A DNA stretch of 64,000 nucleotides from Vicugna vicugna (lineage: Eukaryota). Below the pieces are notes generated by a model. It ran no database searches. It was not told the origin of the DNA and saw only the letters and a program-made list of their open reading frames with translations. The position numbers and the translations under genes are program-made. This document shows, one piece after another, positions 25,709 through 38,899 of the stretch; within the stretch, counting starts at the first letter, position 1; every line of letters begins with the position of its first letter. The stretch lies in the NCBI GenBank assembly GCA_013265495.1, contig MU058540.1, positions 767,696-831,695 of the forward strand. Direction: 5' to 3'.

Positions 25709-26029
25709 TGAGCTTCGATGAGCTGGAGGGAAGTCACGCTCAGATTCCACAAGTTTGCTTGGGCTTGTCAAGCCTGCTTCTGGAAAAGAGAGCCTCTCCT
25801 CCTGGGACCTGGGCCTCTCATCCAGGCAACTGTCAGGAGATGACAAACCCTTCAGTGTATTTGTTCCTCTCCCTGTGGACGGTCTAACCTCCGTGTGTGT
25901 TGAGGAGTGTTAGGAAGACCTCCACCATTCTTTCCATTGTCAACATCGTGTGGTTCGACCATTGTGAGAAGCTGGGGTGGGAGTGGGGTGAGGTGGGGGA
26001 GGATTCCGACTTTGCATTTGACTTTGTAG

Positions 26030-26168
26030 AGTTAATCCCCATTCTACTACTGGTTAGTGGCTCTAGGCAAGTCCCTTTCTCTCGCTGGGTGTCAGATTCC
26101 CCATTTGTAAGTTAAGGGGACAAAGCAGATGGCTTCCTGGGTTCTTTCCAGTGCTGCCAAGCTGTAAC
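26030..26168 (+). mobile_element. MIR (MIR3-like) SINE fragment
   Basis: 'ctaggcaagtccctt...gtgtcagattccccatttgtaagttaagggg...gttctttccagtgctg'. Confidence 0.55.
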
Positions 26169-26189
26169 TAGGGAGAGGGTACTGCGTAC

Positions 26190-26555
26190 ACACGGAACAG
26201 CCAAGCATTCGTATGCAAAGCGACAGATTCACACAACAAATTAATGTACTGTCAAGTGTCATGCACAACAGTACTGTTTTTAATGAAATGCTGGCTTTTC
26301 AAATGAAGGCAATGGATTAGGGAAGATCTGAATGATATTCTTGAGCCTTTGATATAATGTCTTTACTGAGTTTTTTTTGTATCCTGATTAAAGGGAAAGC
26401 AAAACAGCGGCAAAGTCATCTCCCCTGTCATTATTCAGATCAGTATCAGATCAGTTTCAGATCAGTTCAATATAATTCTTAGAGTCAATTGTCGATGACC
26501 ATTTTCCTGATCTACTTCTATGACGTGACTTTGTCAGGCCATGAGTTTATGGGGA
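26190..26555. promoter_or_regulatory. Candidate conserved non-coding element
   Basis: AT-rich non-repeat block with AATTAAT and several TGTCA (MEIS/TGIF-type) motifs. Includes a 3x 11-bp repeat at about 26436-26468. Confidence 0.4.
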
Positions 26556-27303
26556 GGAAGTGGTCAAAGATAAAGCAGCAGAGGCTGCGTCTGTGGTAAG
26601 TGGCAGGACACAGACAGGGACCAGCACTGCAGAACTCACAGTGGGCGGGGAGGGGAGGGTCTGGAGGAAGGGAAAGAGGCCTTTTATCATGCCTCATAAA
26701 AAGACAGTACAGGCCACCTACTCAAAAATATTCCAAAAAGAGTAATACAGGACACGGCACCAGAGAGAGGCAAGTACAGGGAGTGAAGGCAAAAGGGAAA
26801 AGTGTAGAGGAGAGGCAGGACTGGGTGAGGGCAATCCTTCTCTGTGCCTCAGTTTCCTTCTCTGTATCAGGCAGGCTCTGTGCTTCACTCCATGTCCAGC
26901 TCCGAGAGGAGAGGAGGGAGGAGGGGTATCAGGCCCAGGGAAGAGGAGACAGGCTCTTCCTGGCTGGGCTGCGTCTCAGGTAGCTCAGAGTGAGCCCTGG
27001 ATGGTGGAAATTTTGGTACAATTTGCACTCAACCTTGTTGATAAACTGATAAATGTGGAGACTGGGCTGTCTGGATTTTGTTTATAAAAAGTAACTTCCA
27101 AAAATAAAAGAACAAGTACAGTTTCCAGGGTGAGCCACAGGGCTAGAGAAAGCCCTCTACTCCACTCACCTGTCCAACACCAGAACAATGTTCAGGGCAA
27201 CGTTTAAAGTCTATTCAAATGAATCCGTATTGCCACTCCAGGGGTAGGCCACAAATCACACGTCAATGTATGCGCCCTTATGATTCCATCTCCCCTGTAT
27301 AAT

Positions 27304-27326
27304 TGTGTGTGTGTGTGTGTGTGTGT
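27304..27326. repeat. (TG)n microsatellite
   Basis: About 11 TG units. Confidence 0.95.
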
Positions 27327-29544
27327 TTAACATTAGAAGACCTTAGCAAGAATATGCTTTTTCATTTTCTTCTTTGTTTTTAAAATTATTTTTTCTTTGA
27401 AAGGTTTATGTGCCAGACGGTGCAATGGTAGGAAGGAGAGGGGAGGAGTGAGATAGGAAGATGTTGGGAAGACATTTTACAATTTATCAAGCTATGAGTA
27501 CAGGACCCTCTTTGTTTAAACCCCTTAAGAACTCTACTTTGAGCTTAAATTAGGAAGTACTGTTCTTAATGGCAAGCTATGGCTGGAAAAGGTCAACCTG
27601 AATCATTAACGAGAAACCAGACTCAAGGGATTCCAATGCTGGTTGAGTCTGGGGTCTGCTCAGATGGCATGCCACTTCTAGACAGCCAGAGTACCTGGGG
27701 TGGGGTGGAGGCTGGGAGAGAGACAGGGGTTACATTTTGGAAGTCGTCTGCCTTGGTAAAGCCTTGCCCAGCTCAGTCCCAGCTCAGGAGGTGAGTTTCC
27801 TGTTGCCATGCTATGGGCTCAGTCGTAAACTTCTGGTAAAACTGTTTCTGCAGTTTGGACCTCCCTTTCCAGCTGCCTGCTGTGACTGAGCCCTTCTGGG
27901 TTGGGCAGCGAATAATCTATTATAATCCAAGAATTTTCTGGAAAATGATAATACCACTTTTCATATGTAGAGCCCTGCCCCCCACCTCAGAGTATGTATA
28001 CACATCTTATTTAGACAAAGCTAATTCTAAATAAAATGAAATAGCTCATAAGCCCACCATCTCCATTTCCTGAGAATTCTGGAAGGAAGTTTCAAGGGCA
28101 GTGAGATCAATTCCTTTAGCCACCAGCGGTCTGAGCATATTCCTTTAAAATAACCGGAAAAAAGAATAAACTGAGATCTAGAAGAATGAGCTTGCAAATA
28201 TACCATTGAAGACAAAGTAAATGTTTTAAAGAAAATTTAACTTAGAGTGGCAGGCCCCAAACTATGGGCTACCAGGAGTGGAAAATAAGGCCAAGTCCCA
28301 GCTCCCAAGAGATGAACAGTGGAGCTGGGGTGTCAGTCAGACTGTGTATAAATTCATGTGACAAATCAGAGAAGAGAGAGATTAAACCACGCTCTATCAC
28401 GACTGCTTCTCACTTGCTCAGATATACTCAGTCTTTCCCTTGTCCCTCCTGGTGCCCAGACCCCAATGCAAAATCATCTGTTTCTCCGTTGTGACATGCG
28501 GCTGGCCGCCAGTGAGATCCACAGGGACAGACACCCCATTTCTGCCTACATACTTCTTTATACAGCGAGCCCCCAGCGTTCAGTCTTGCCTGTTTTCTTT
28601 GAGAGGCATCTGGCTCCACTCATGACTAGCTGTTAGAAGGATGATCTTCCTGCTCCCCACTTCTTTGCAGTGTTAAGGGTTTAACTACAGAGAAATAAAG
28701 GAGTTGACCAAAATAGAAACATTCAGAAGTGACAAGATACAGGCTCTTCAAAGATTCCAAAAGTTCTGGTCTCCTAGTTTATAGATTCTGATTCCCTTCT
28801 GGGAGCATCACTGAAGTTCTGCCCTCTGCTTTTAATGCCAAGGGTATACCAGCCAAAAACAATGCTGCCCCTCCCCACAGGCTTTCCTGACCTTGTCCCT
28901 CAAGGAAGCTGGCAGAGGGGTTTGGTGGGAAATCATGGTGAACTGTAGGTGCTCCCTGCACTCTGCAGTCCTCCTGTTAGGGTATCACCATCACTGCTCC
29001 CCAAGCCTGGTGATCCGATGCTCGGTTAAGCCTCTCACAAGGTGCCAGTCCCTTTCCTATAATAACCAAGGTTTCCAAAGACATCCCCTTTTGGGAAGTG
29101 ACATGACAGAGTCAAGAGCCTGTCTTCAGGTGATCTGAAATGTGCTCTTCTGAGAAAAGAATCTGGAAGGCTGTGAATTTCCCTTCTCAAACCCCACCCT
29201 AACTCCCCACTGCAGCTTGGTATACACACACACACACACGCACGCACACATGGCAGAACACAGCTGGGAGCCCCTTCTAGATGCACCTGCTGTCACCACC
29301 ACTTCCACCTGAGACAACCTGCACTTCCTTCTAGTCTGAGACCTCCTCTGCCCCTCTGGCTTCTGATGTGGATGGCCCACCTTAACCTAATTGTCACAGG
29401 CCCCCTGAGGAAACTTCTCTGCCTTTTCTTTATATCTCTTAGCATCTCCCCACTTCAGACCATCACAACACACATCTGCATTTTAAAGGTAAGTGCCTCT
29501 AACTTTTGCTACTTTAAAAATCTAAGCTCTAATTAAAAACAGAT

Positions 29545-29606
29545 TTCTCTCTCCTTTCCTTCCTTCCTTCCTCCCTCCCTCCCTCCCTCCCTTCCTTTCC
29601 TTCCTT
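29545..29606. repeat. (CCTT)n/(CCCT)n polypyrimidine repeat
   Basis: ctctctcctttccttccttccttcctccctccctccctccctcccttcctttccttcc. Confidence 0.9.
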
Positions 29607-30676
29607 TGGGATATATTCCCTGGCAATTTACCATGACTCTGTGAGAGTAATAATTGTCGTAGATGGACTGCGTGGGAGGGTAGGGAGGAGGTCACTGTGA
29701 GTAGATGGATTGGAGTCATCAATGAAAATGTGGATGGTGATGGTTATAACCCTTCTATTTTAATTGATTTACACTAACACAAATGGTATAATTTCAGAGC
29801 CACCTTTTGTTTGCCTCAAGGACTAGCCAACTAACTTTACATTTTGTAAAAGGTCTTCAGGTATTTAAAAGTAATGATAGGGGGAGGTGAGGTGGGAAGT
29901 GCGGCAGAGATTGGTTGTAACCACTTCCAGCTCATTCAATTCCATTTCCCCCCAGGTTCCTACTAAAACCGATTAGGCTAAAAGGAAATGACTTTTCACC
30001 TCCTCTCTTTGCACCTCATTGCTTTACCTCCTTAGCTGGAGTTGGGATCTAAGTAAGGAAGAAGGGTGGAGTGGGAGGGAGCTGCCCCCAGCAGTGGAGG
30101 GACGGGGGACTCTCCTAGACTCTGGAACAGAATATGGAGGGGAAACACAGCCTGCCCACTGCCTGGGGTGAGAAGGGTGCTGGTGGAGAAACCCTGAGGC
30201 CTGCATTTTGCTTGAGGGAGCTAAGGAGATCCTTTGACCTTAAGGTGGTTGGGGAGGGACGGGAAGGTTCAGGGAGAAGTGAGACTGGAAGATGCCTCAA
30301 ACTTCTGGGTAGGGCTTTCTGTCACATTAGGTGAGGCAAAAGTTAAGCAGGTCTTGGGTAGACTCTGCTCCCACCTCTCTCCTACTCAGAGGCCCTGGCC
30401 TTGGCACCATCCATTCCTTCTCAAGCCCAAACCCTTGGGAAGGCAAAGTCTATAGGCTCCTTGCAAAGACGTTTCTGACCACAGGGACAAATTCGGTGGA
30501 CTAGCTGAAACCTACCACAGTGATTCTCACTCACTCCTATTCAGCTCCACCTGAGGCCCTTTAGAAAGTGCATGAAACGCGCCATTCTCCAAAGAGCTGA
30601 GAGGACAGCTTCGTCTGACAACGGGACAGGATATTTGAAATCAGGGATGTCTCGGGAAACCCTCTAAGCTGGTCCT

Positions 30677-30704
30677 CACCACCACCACCACCACTACCAC
30701 CACC
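30677..30704. repeat. (CAC)n trinucleotide repeat
   Basis: caccaccaccaccaccactaccaccacc at the left edge of the CpG island. Confidence 0.9.
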
Positions 30705-31340
30705 TCCCTGGCGCAGGAGTCGAGAGAGGCAGATGTCCGCCTACTCCCACTCCCGGGGAATCTCAGAGCGAGTGACCCCTAAGTGGGACGAGCCAGTGGA
30801 GGTGGGCGAGGGGCCAGGCCAGACAGGGGGCGAGGCCAGACAGGGAGCGGGGCGTGGCGTCGCCGACTTCCCTCCACCCCACCCCCACCCCGAAGCCCTG
30901 GGGAGCCCGGGGCAGAGCGAGGAGCCGTTGGAGGTGGGTAGGGGCGGGGCGTTGAGGGCAGCCCCCTCCTCACCCGCCCCCGAGGGCCTCGGGGTAACTG
31001 TTGTCCCCAACGTCTTCTTCAGCCCTGCCGCGCGGCAGAGCCACTCAGAACTCCTTGAGGTGGAAGCGGGTCTTGACTATCAGAAGGGTCCCAGGATGGG
31101 GCGCAGGAGGAAGTGGGAATGGTGGGGACCTTCTTAGGGGCTGGGGAGCCGGGAGAGAGGCCCCCACGCTTCTCGGTTCGCAGCCCACCTTGGCCCCAGG
31201 GGGAGACGACGTAGGCTGTGCCCTCCGCGGGTCGCGGGCCGCCTCTTGCGCCGCCAGCTTCTGTGCCTTCTGTCCTGCTGCTGCTGCCAGGAGCCTCTGT
31301 TCTCGGTTGGGGCTGGTCCCAAAGCAGGCGAAGAGCGATG
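30705..31340. promoter_or_regulatory. CpG island with Sp/KLF GC boxes (promoter-like or orphan CGI)
   Basis: Highest CpG density in the window (e.g. ccgcgcgg, ccgcgggtcgcggg, gcgccgcc). GGGGCGTGGC at 30849-30858 and GGGGCGGGGC at 30941-30950. Confidence 0.7.
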
Positions 31341-34300
31341 CTGGAAAGACAAGGCTCACGGGCTTTTGAGTGTAGGCGAGGCATCTCAGGGGCATCAAGT
31401 TGGATGGAGTATGTTAGGGTGGAGGCTGCTTACCCCAGGGATGCAGGATTTGGGCCCCAAATGGAAAGCAAGCAACTGTGCCCACCTCCCCTTCTCCCTC
31501 TATGGGTCATAAGATTGTGGGGGAGCTTTGGGGTGGGGATCTGGCAACTTTCTCTCTTAAAGTTGCACTTCCAAGTCTGTATAGCCCAGCCTTCCACTTG
31601 GTTGCCTTGAAGTGAGCTTGCTAGGACTGCCTTTTCAGGGGCAACTGTGGGCATCTTAAAGAAATGCTGGCATGGGGGGTCTGTGGGAGAAGCAGAAAGG
31701 AACGTGTGGTACAGGAAATGGGCTGGAGCGTGCTCTTATGCAGCAGAAATCAGCAGCAACAGCAGATAGGCCCTGGGGGTGGGAAAGGTAGAAAAGTAAT
31801 GGACTTCAATTAGCTAACAACTGGTAAACTCCAGGGTTATTAAATAAGGACCCGGTGGGGTGTCATGGTGTAAAAGGATGCAGAGGGCTTGAAGGCAAGA
31901 GGAGGAGGCAGCGCTCCAGGTCACCCAGCACCAGCCATCTCGTTGGCTTTTTTCAAGAGTCCTCAGCTATCTCTGGGAGACGTTTCCTGACCATGGAATC
32001 TGTCAGTGAAGTGGGAATGGAAGAAGATGGGAAGTTTGGGGACTTAACAGGCTCCCTATTAAGAGCCTCAGAGAAATATCTTTCTTTCACAGATTAATCA
32101 AGAGTACAGGAAAGTTTCTGAGCCTAACTCTGAATTCCAAAATGTTCTGGGCATCTAGGTCTTGAATCCATCCCACCTTAGTTTTTGCATCATGAGCATC
32201 TGGAAAGGAGCTCTTTCCATCCCAAGATTCTCTCCTCCAGCTAGAACACAGAGGTGATAAGAATCTGCCTCATGACAGCCTCTCTGGGTGGGGGCCGGGA
32301 GACGGGGGAGTGGGCAATGGCCTCAGAGCAGGCTGCCATCCTCTGGTTCTGGGAGGATCACAAGGCATCAGGCCAGGATTCAGGTTAGCTGTGGTTCAAG
32401 ACTTTGCCTGTGTGGCATATATGGATATGTGCCAAGTCCCCAAGTGATGCTGTCCCCTTATATTCATCTGATTTTCCAACCTGACGCAGACTCCCTTGTG
32501 ACTTCATTCAGCTCTGGGCCCCTGCAGCCCCAGCACTGAACTGGCACATGGTTGGCATTGGTGAAACACAAACTTACTGTATCTTGAAGGCCCAAACCAT
32601 TGGCTCCTTTATAAGATCCACATCAGCTGCGGGGTGGGGAAGCACCGGGGAACTGATTGACATCATGGAAAATATCCGAGGAGGTAGATCAATTTGAGCT
32701 TTAACTACTGGAGAATGGAGCCCCAGCCAGCCGCGTTTGCTCACACTTGTAGATAAGTTGGATGTGCCCTCCAGGAATGTAAAAGCCAGTAGGAAGTTCC
32801 CTTCCCGCTGAACCGTGAAGGATTTCTGGATAGACACTTGGGTTATCTACAAGGCATAGCAGTAAATTCCCCTGTCCCCAAGGTACCTCCTCCTACTCCC
32901 TAAAAAAATGTGTGGAGACTTCATATTCTTGCCTGCCCCATCAGCCTGGGCTAACTTCCTGTAGAAAGGGGCCAAGGAAGCCCTGGGCCTGCCTGTGTGG
33001 CCCAAAGAGATTAGAGTTGAAAGGGAAATGTCTTTGAGGTGGAGGACAAGTCCTTGCTGGTGACTTGAATCTCCAGCTTCAGGGTCCACCCCACTGTGTG
33101 CTCTGGAGTTGCCCCCTCCCCAGGGGTGGCAGGCTACAGCAGGCTATGGTTGGCCTGCGAGGCTCCCTCTTCCCTCGGATGCTGTGCTGTTCTCTGCTTG
33201 GTCTTGTTTTCACTTTCACAAAGGTGTGGCAGAACTTTTGGTCCCCAAAGCCCAGGAAACAGAACCCCCACAAGAACATCCTCAAAAGGTCCCAAGATAG
33301 CTTGCTGCTCCAGAAACATTGGGGACTCGTGTGCTGGGAGGGCTCTGAAGGCAACAAAGCAGGAGAGCCTCCAATGGGGATCAGGGCTGCAAGGACTGTG
33401 TCATCATGAGCCACACACAAAGGTCATGTTAATGTGAATGCTTTCCAGACCCTCTTCTGAGGCAAACTCCCTTCCTCACCTGCTCTGCATAGCTCACTGT
33501 GGAGACATGGGGACTCCATGAGCCTTACCCCTCAAAGCTCAGATCCAGGCCTCCCCTGGGACAGTGGTCCCCCACTTTGCCCCCCAAAAGATGAACTCAC
33601 AAGAAGAGCAGATAAGAACAGCAGATTCAGCCTCCAAAAAAATTTGAGAACTATCAGAGAATTCTGGACAGTGGTCCCCGTAGGGATCTGTGTTGGGGGC
33701 TGGGAGCAGGAGCTTATCTCACAGGGACCCCTGCAAGTGGTGAGTGATGATTATCAAATACTAGACAAGGCCAAGGGAGACTCATGTCTGGGGTCATAGT
33801 CATGGTTTCTTCTGGACTTTAGCCAGAGACAGAGCCCCAAGCCCCAGTCCTGTCCCCTTGCAGTTCTGCTGGGGAAGAAGCAGGGATGCTCATTTCTCTC
33901 CTAGACTCCAGGATCACAGGTCCCTTTTCGGGGGAGACAAAGTATGTGATGGCTTATACTTGTGCATCAGGTCAAATGGAACCTTGGTGTCAGCTACTTG
34001 AAATGGATTACTTTTTTGTGTGTGGTCCTTGAATGTCCTCTGCACCCAAGACCACCATCCTTGCACAGACCCTTCCTTGGCCCCACGCTGTGGTTGGCAA
34101 ACCTACACCTCCAGTTACTACAGTTTTCCTCCTTCCCTGGATACATGTCTCTAATATTCACAGTGGGGCCCACAGATGAACTTTGGCCACATATAAAAGA
34201 CAGCGAGAAATTCACCTAACAAAGTGATCCTGAGACGGTGATACCACTGGGGGAGTTCCGGGCAGAAGCAAAGCAAAGTTTCTCTTGGGTCTCTTCTCCC

Positions 34301-37300
34301 CTAGGCCTCCCAAGTAAAGGTGGACTCGCAGGAGGAGATGCCCTCACCCTGAGGTGACAGAACCTTAAATTACAGAACCGTCAGAGGATTGTGGACCATG
34401 GCTCTAAGGGGGATTAGTATTGGAGATGGAAAGATTAGTGATGGGGCAGGGGGGCTCACCTGGCCATGGTTTACCTGCTCCTTTCCCCTACATTTGCCCT
34501 TTAGACCTTTTGTCTGCTGCTGCAGACCCCCTGAGCCAGAGGGCAGCTGCGGGTGGATGAAATGAAGCTGTAACGGACATGGAAGTGCCTCTGGGCTCCA
34601 GACACTCTTCGCCTTCTATTCTGCTACCAGTCCCGGGATCAGGAAAGAGGAGGTCGCTGGGGGAGAACGCTCTTTCCCCTCCTTCACCCTGATTGAGCAG
34701 AAATGCAGACTTGACACGTGACATGCAGACTTGGCCACCTCCTGGGCTATAAATTCTTCTGGGGAGCAAGACCTTTGCCTGTTTGGATCCTTTATTGCCC
34801 ACACTCTAAGCCCAGTGCTTAGCAGGCCTGCCCAGAGTTTTTTGCGGATTTAGGGCTGGGGTGGCAAGTGTTCCACAACTTTCCAGTGACAAGAGCCCTG
34901 GGGGGAGACACAGGTGGGGTCATTTAGCCCTGTAGCTCCTGTTCATGTAGAATTTCAGGCTACTTCTTGATCCCAGGGATGTTTTAATGGCATGGCCTGG
35001 GAAAACTTGCCTGGGAGCCTGGCGTGCCCACACCCAGTTCTCACTGAGCGACCCCGTAGTCCAACCCAAGGACTGATGTTTATCTTTTCTGGTTGGAGAG
35101 GGAAGGACAGATAACAAGCTTTTCTTCAGAACAAATTAGACTCCCACTTGGAGGAGAAACCGTGGCCAGGGCAGGGGGAAGTGAAAGATCAGTTAGCAGC
35201 CTTGGGGCAAGCTAGACACACAGCACAAGCCGGTAGAAACACCAGTTTCAGCAGCAGAGAAATCTCCACTTTGGTTTACAGTAACTACATAAACCTGTTA
35301 AAATAAATTGATTAGCAAAGGATCTCCACGCAATACTCTTTAAACTCTAACATCTGTTCTCAATAAATAATTCACATAGTAGATATTAATTAGAAGGCTT
35401 AGGAGGAGGGGATGGCAGCTTAAACAGTGCCCTGAGATGCCTTTTTGCCAAGAAATGCATGCTAAAACCCATACCCAGATGTAGAGGAGAAAGCGCTGTG
35501 ACAGGGCTGCCTCCCTCCTTCTGTCCCTGAGTCATAGGCTGCACACATCGTCCTACCCCTGTCCCCAGCGCGCAGGCAGCGTGACAGCTGCCTCCCACCC
35601 CCAGCACAGAAACGCCCCTGGAGACAGCTGCTCGAGCGCAGCTGGCCACAGCCCACTGCCACGATAGGGGTGTCTGTGGATTCCTAGAACTCTAAGCAGT
35701 GGGAGGCAGCACCCTCCACACCCACTGCATCACACACACCTGCCCCTGCCAGTGGGCAGACGACTGTTTGCTCAAGCATTCCCTGGAGACTGGGAAAACT
35801 TCATGTCCTGAATGCAGCCTTGAAGGTGATGTTCAAGTCCTCCTGATCTGGGCACCTCTGATAATGGGCAGAAGTCAGGGGTCAGAGATCCTTCCAAGTC
35901 AGGAAGATCTTGGACCAACCCACGGCAGATACCCTCTCCCTACTTGGTTTTCTGGGGGTTCCAAGCTCCTTGCCTCCTTTTCTCAGCAGTTTCCTTTGGA
36001 GTTTCGGCTTCTTTAGCAGATGATCATTGCTTTCAACTTTGGAAGGAGCAGGGCTTCAGGGGGGGCCAACGAGGGGTCTCATATTTACGTTCCTGGACAG
36101 AGTGGGTGGCTGGCTTCTCTGGGTGGGGCAGCCTAGTTCCTGTGTCCATGGAGTAGGGTGGCGCTGCCCTAACCAGGCCTGGTCAGGGGCCAGGGAGAGT
36201 TCATCCTATCTTCTCTGAATGAATAGTTTGCAGCTCCCTGAGACCAGCTGGGAATTGAGAAGATACACAGGAAAAGTACTTTTCACCCTCTGAGGTCTAC
36301 TCTCCAAATATTGGAAAAGTTTCTTGAAAATGGGATAAAGATATGGACAGAGGCCAGCTGGGGCCTGCACCCTCCTAGGGCTGCATCTTCTTTTACGTCG
36401 AAGAGCATTCCCAAGATTCTGTTTGTGAACTGAGGTCACCAGGTGCTGTCTCCGCTAGCACTTCAGCCCCCATTTGGACCCTAAGCTAGCACGTAGCCTG
36501 GGCCGGGAAGCAGCAACACCTGGCTGGGGGCCCAGCTAGCAGGTGGAGGAACTCTGGTGGGGGGCACATGGCTGCCCAGGTGAAAGGAGTCCAGAAATCA
36601 CCCACACATCTATTTCTCCATGAGTTAACTGAGCGTTTAATTCCTGAAACCTTGGATCTCCCAAAGGGTTTGTCTCCATCCTTTGTTTCCATATCTCTCA
36701 GCCTGTTACTGCAAAAAGCACTTTCCTTCTCATCAGAGGTCTTTGAAATGGAATGGAACTGCATGGAATTCTCTGGAGGAGGGAAAGGTCTGCTGGGCTC
36801 TCATTCCATCCTTTCAGAACCAAAGTCCAGAGAGGAGGGTGGGTCTCCTAGATAGGTGCTTCCCTCCCGAGATTCCCCTCTTTACTACGAGGTCAAAGTT
36901 AGAGACTGAGCCTTGGGCGGGTGCCTTAGACTCGTCAGGCAAGGCTTAGTGGTTGGTAGTCAGTGTGGACAGCACGAGGGTGAATGCAACTGATGTCACA
37001 GTGGGCTGGCTAATATTTGTAGAGCTGCTGTGGAACGGGGGGTGGCCTATTTCTTGGAGAACTTTTAAGTCCTCACACTGTGGGTTTCAGGCTGCAGACA
37101 AGGGTGTGGGAGGGCCAGGGAAGGAGGCTGGGCTGTGGCATTTCTTGTGTTAGTGGAGGGAGGTTGAGACATCAAATACAGGTGCTGTGAAAAGGAGAAG
37201 GGCCACCTAATATATTTCAAACTTCAGTGGAGGTGGGGGACAAGGGCCAATCCCTCTAGGACAGAGGTAGGGCACCCTTCCAAGGGAGTCCCTTGGCTGG

Positions 37301-38149
37301 AGGTCACTGTGGCCTGTCTGGGCAGATAATTGGGGATTCTTGGGTAAAAGTTCAAGGGGTGGATGGAGTGGGGTTCCAGACCCTATGCCACCTGTTCTGT
37401 TGTTTAGGATGGTGTCCATGGAAGCCTCTGAGTAGCCAGTTGTCAGCCACCATTTGGAGAGATTTAAATTAGATACATGATGGGGCCAGTGGCCAATGGC
37501 CTAGTTAAGTGGCTTTCCTTTCTCCACAGGGATCACCATGTCTTAGCCTCTACTGAGAGGTTCCCAGATTCCAAAGGGCACAAAATATCAGTGAATGAAA
37601 AAGCAGAAACTGTCCCCATGCACCGAATGAGAAATCTGTGTCTGGTCCAGATCCCCAGAGACGGGAAGAGCATGCTCTGGGAGCCAGAAGTGGGCTTGGC
37701 AGAACAGAAGAGTAGATTGGTCAAAAGCCAACGCACCCTGCCCACCCTTGCTGTGGCCCAGATGCTAACTTTCTCTCCCTAGTGACTTGTAGGAAGCTTT
37801 TGAGAGTCCAGCCAAGGGAACTGGTTGCATCTGCAAAGGCAGAGTATAGGGGTGGAACCAGGATAATCCTTGAAAGGCAGGGCAAAGGCATCCGCTTCCT
37901 GCTTCTCCCCCATTGGTGTATCCTAAATCCGAGGTCCTGTGGTCTGAGACAGGGAACAAGCATTTTTTTGTTATTTCCTGGGGCTAGAAATGCAAGCAAG
38001 GTCAAGAGCAGGAATCTCTCAAAATACACATCTGATTTAGCCCACTGCCTGCCTCTCCACCCCAAGGCTTCCTGAATCCTTGGCTAAATATCAAAACTCT
38101 GTCCTCTCTTCTTGAGGTCCCTGAATGTGCCTTACTCCCCTCTGGCCAG

Positions 38150-38486
38150 GCCTGCTGTTCCAGTGTGGAGAGCTCTTCGCAGACCTGCTTCATCTGCTCA
38201 GAGCCCGCCCATCATTCAGGTCTCAGTTCTGATGTCATTCCCTGGGGAGCATCTTCCCAGGCCCCTTAGACCTGGCGGCCATCAGGGACATGTCCCTGAG
38301 TCACTCCCTTGTGGCATTGAGCACACTTCAAAATCATCCATTTATTTGTGTGATTATTTGATTAATGTCTCTCTCCCCTCTAAGACTGATCTTGCCTGGT
38401 TCGGCTCACCATTTTCCCCAGCCTCTCTTGCAATGCCCCAGCACTTAATAGGTACTCAATAAATATTTGTAGAATGCATGAATGAA
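38150..38486 (+). mobile_element. L2 3' end
   Basis: 'tcattcaggtctcagttctgatgtcattcc', 'gattatttgattaatgtctctctcccc' and the tail 'taggtactcaataaatatttgtagaatgcatgaatgaa'. Confidence 0.85.
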
Positions 38487-38899
38487 AAGGGTGACATGAG
38501 TTCTCCTTTTCCTCACACTCACCTGTGCAACCCTCATTCATTGGGTAGTTCACTTGAATGGCTTGGCTGCCTGGCTCCAGGAGGCACATGCAAAAGAGGG
38601 GGTCTGGAGCTGCAGGGAGAGCTTTAAAGACCCGTCTGAGGCCTATTAGCATAAAGATGATACAGGAAGCCACTTGAAAAGCAAACGGAGAAACTTAGGA
38701 AACAACCTGCAAGAGATCCGCAGGGGAAGATGGGCCCGTGTTGAGATGTGGAGGGGGTTTGAGAAGACCAGATAGGAAGTAAGCCAGTGGCAGTGTTTGA
38801 AGGCAGAAGTCGGCAAGGTCATCGCTGTAGACATTGGGAGGCACCTTCCTCAGGTGCCCACCCAGGCAGGGGCAGAAACACCCTCGTGGGCTGTGGGTG

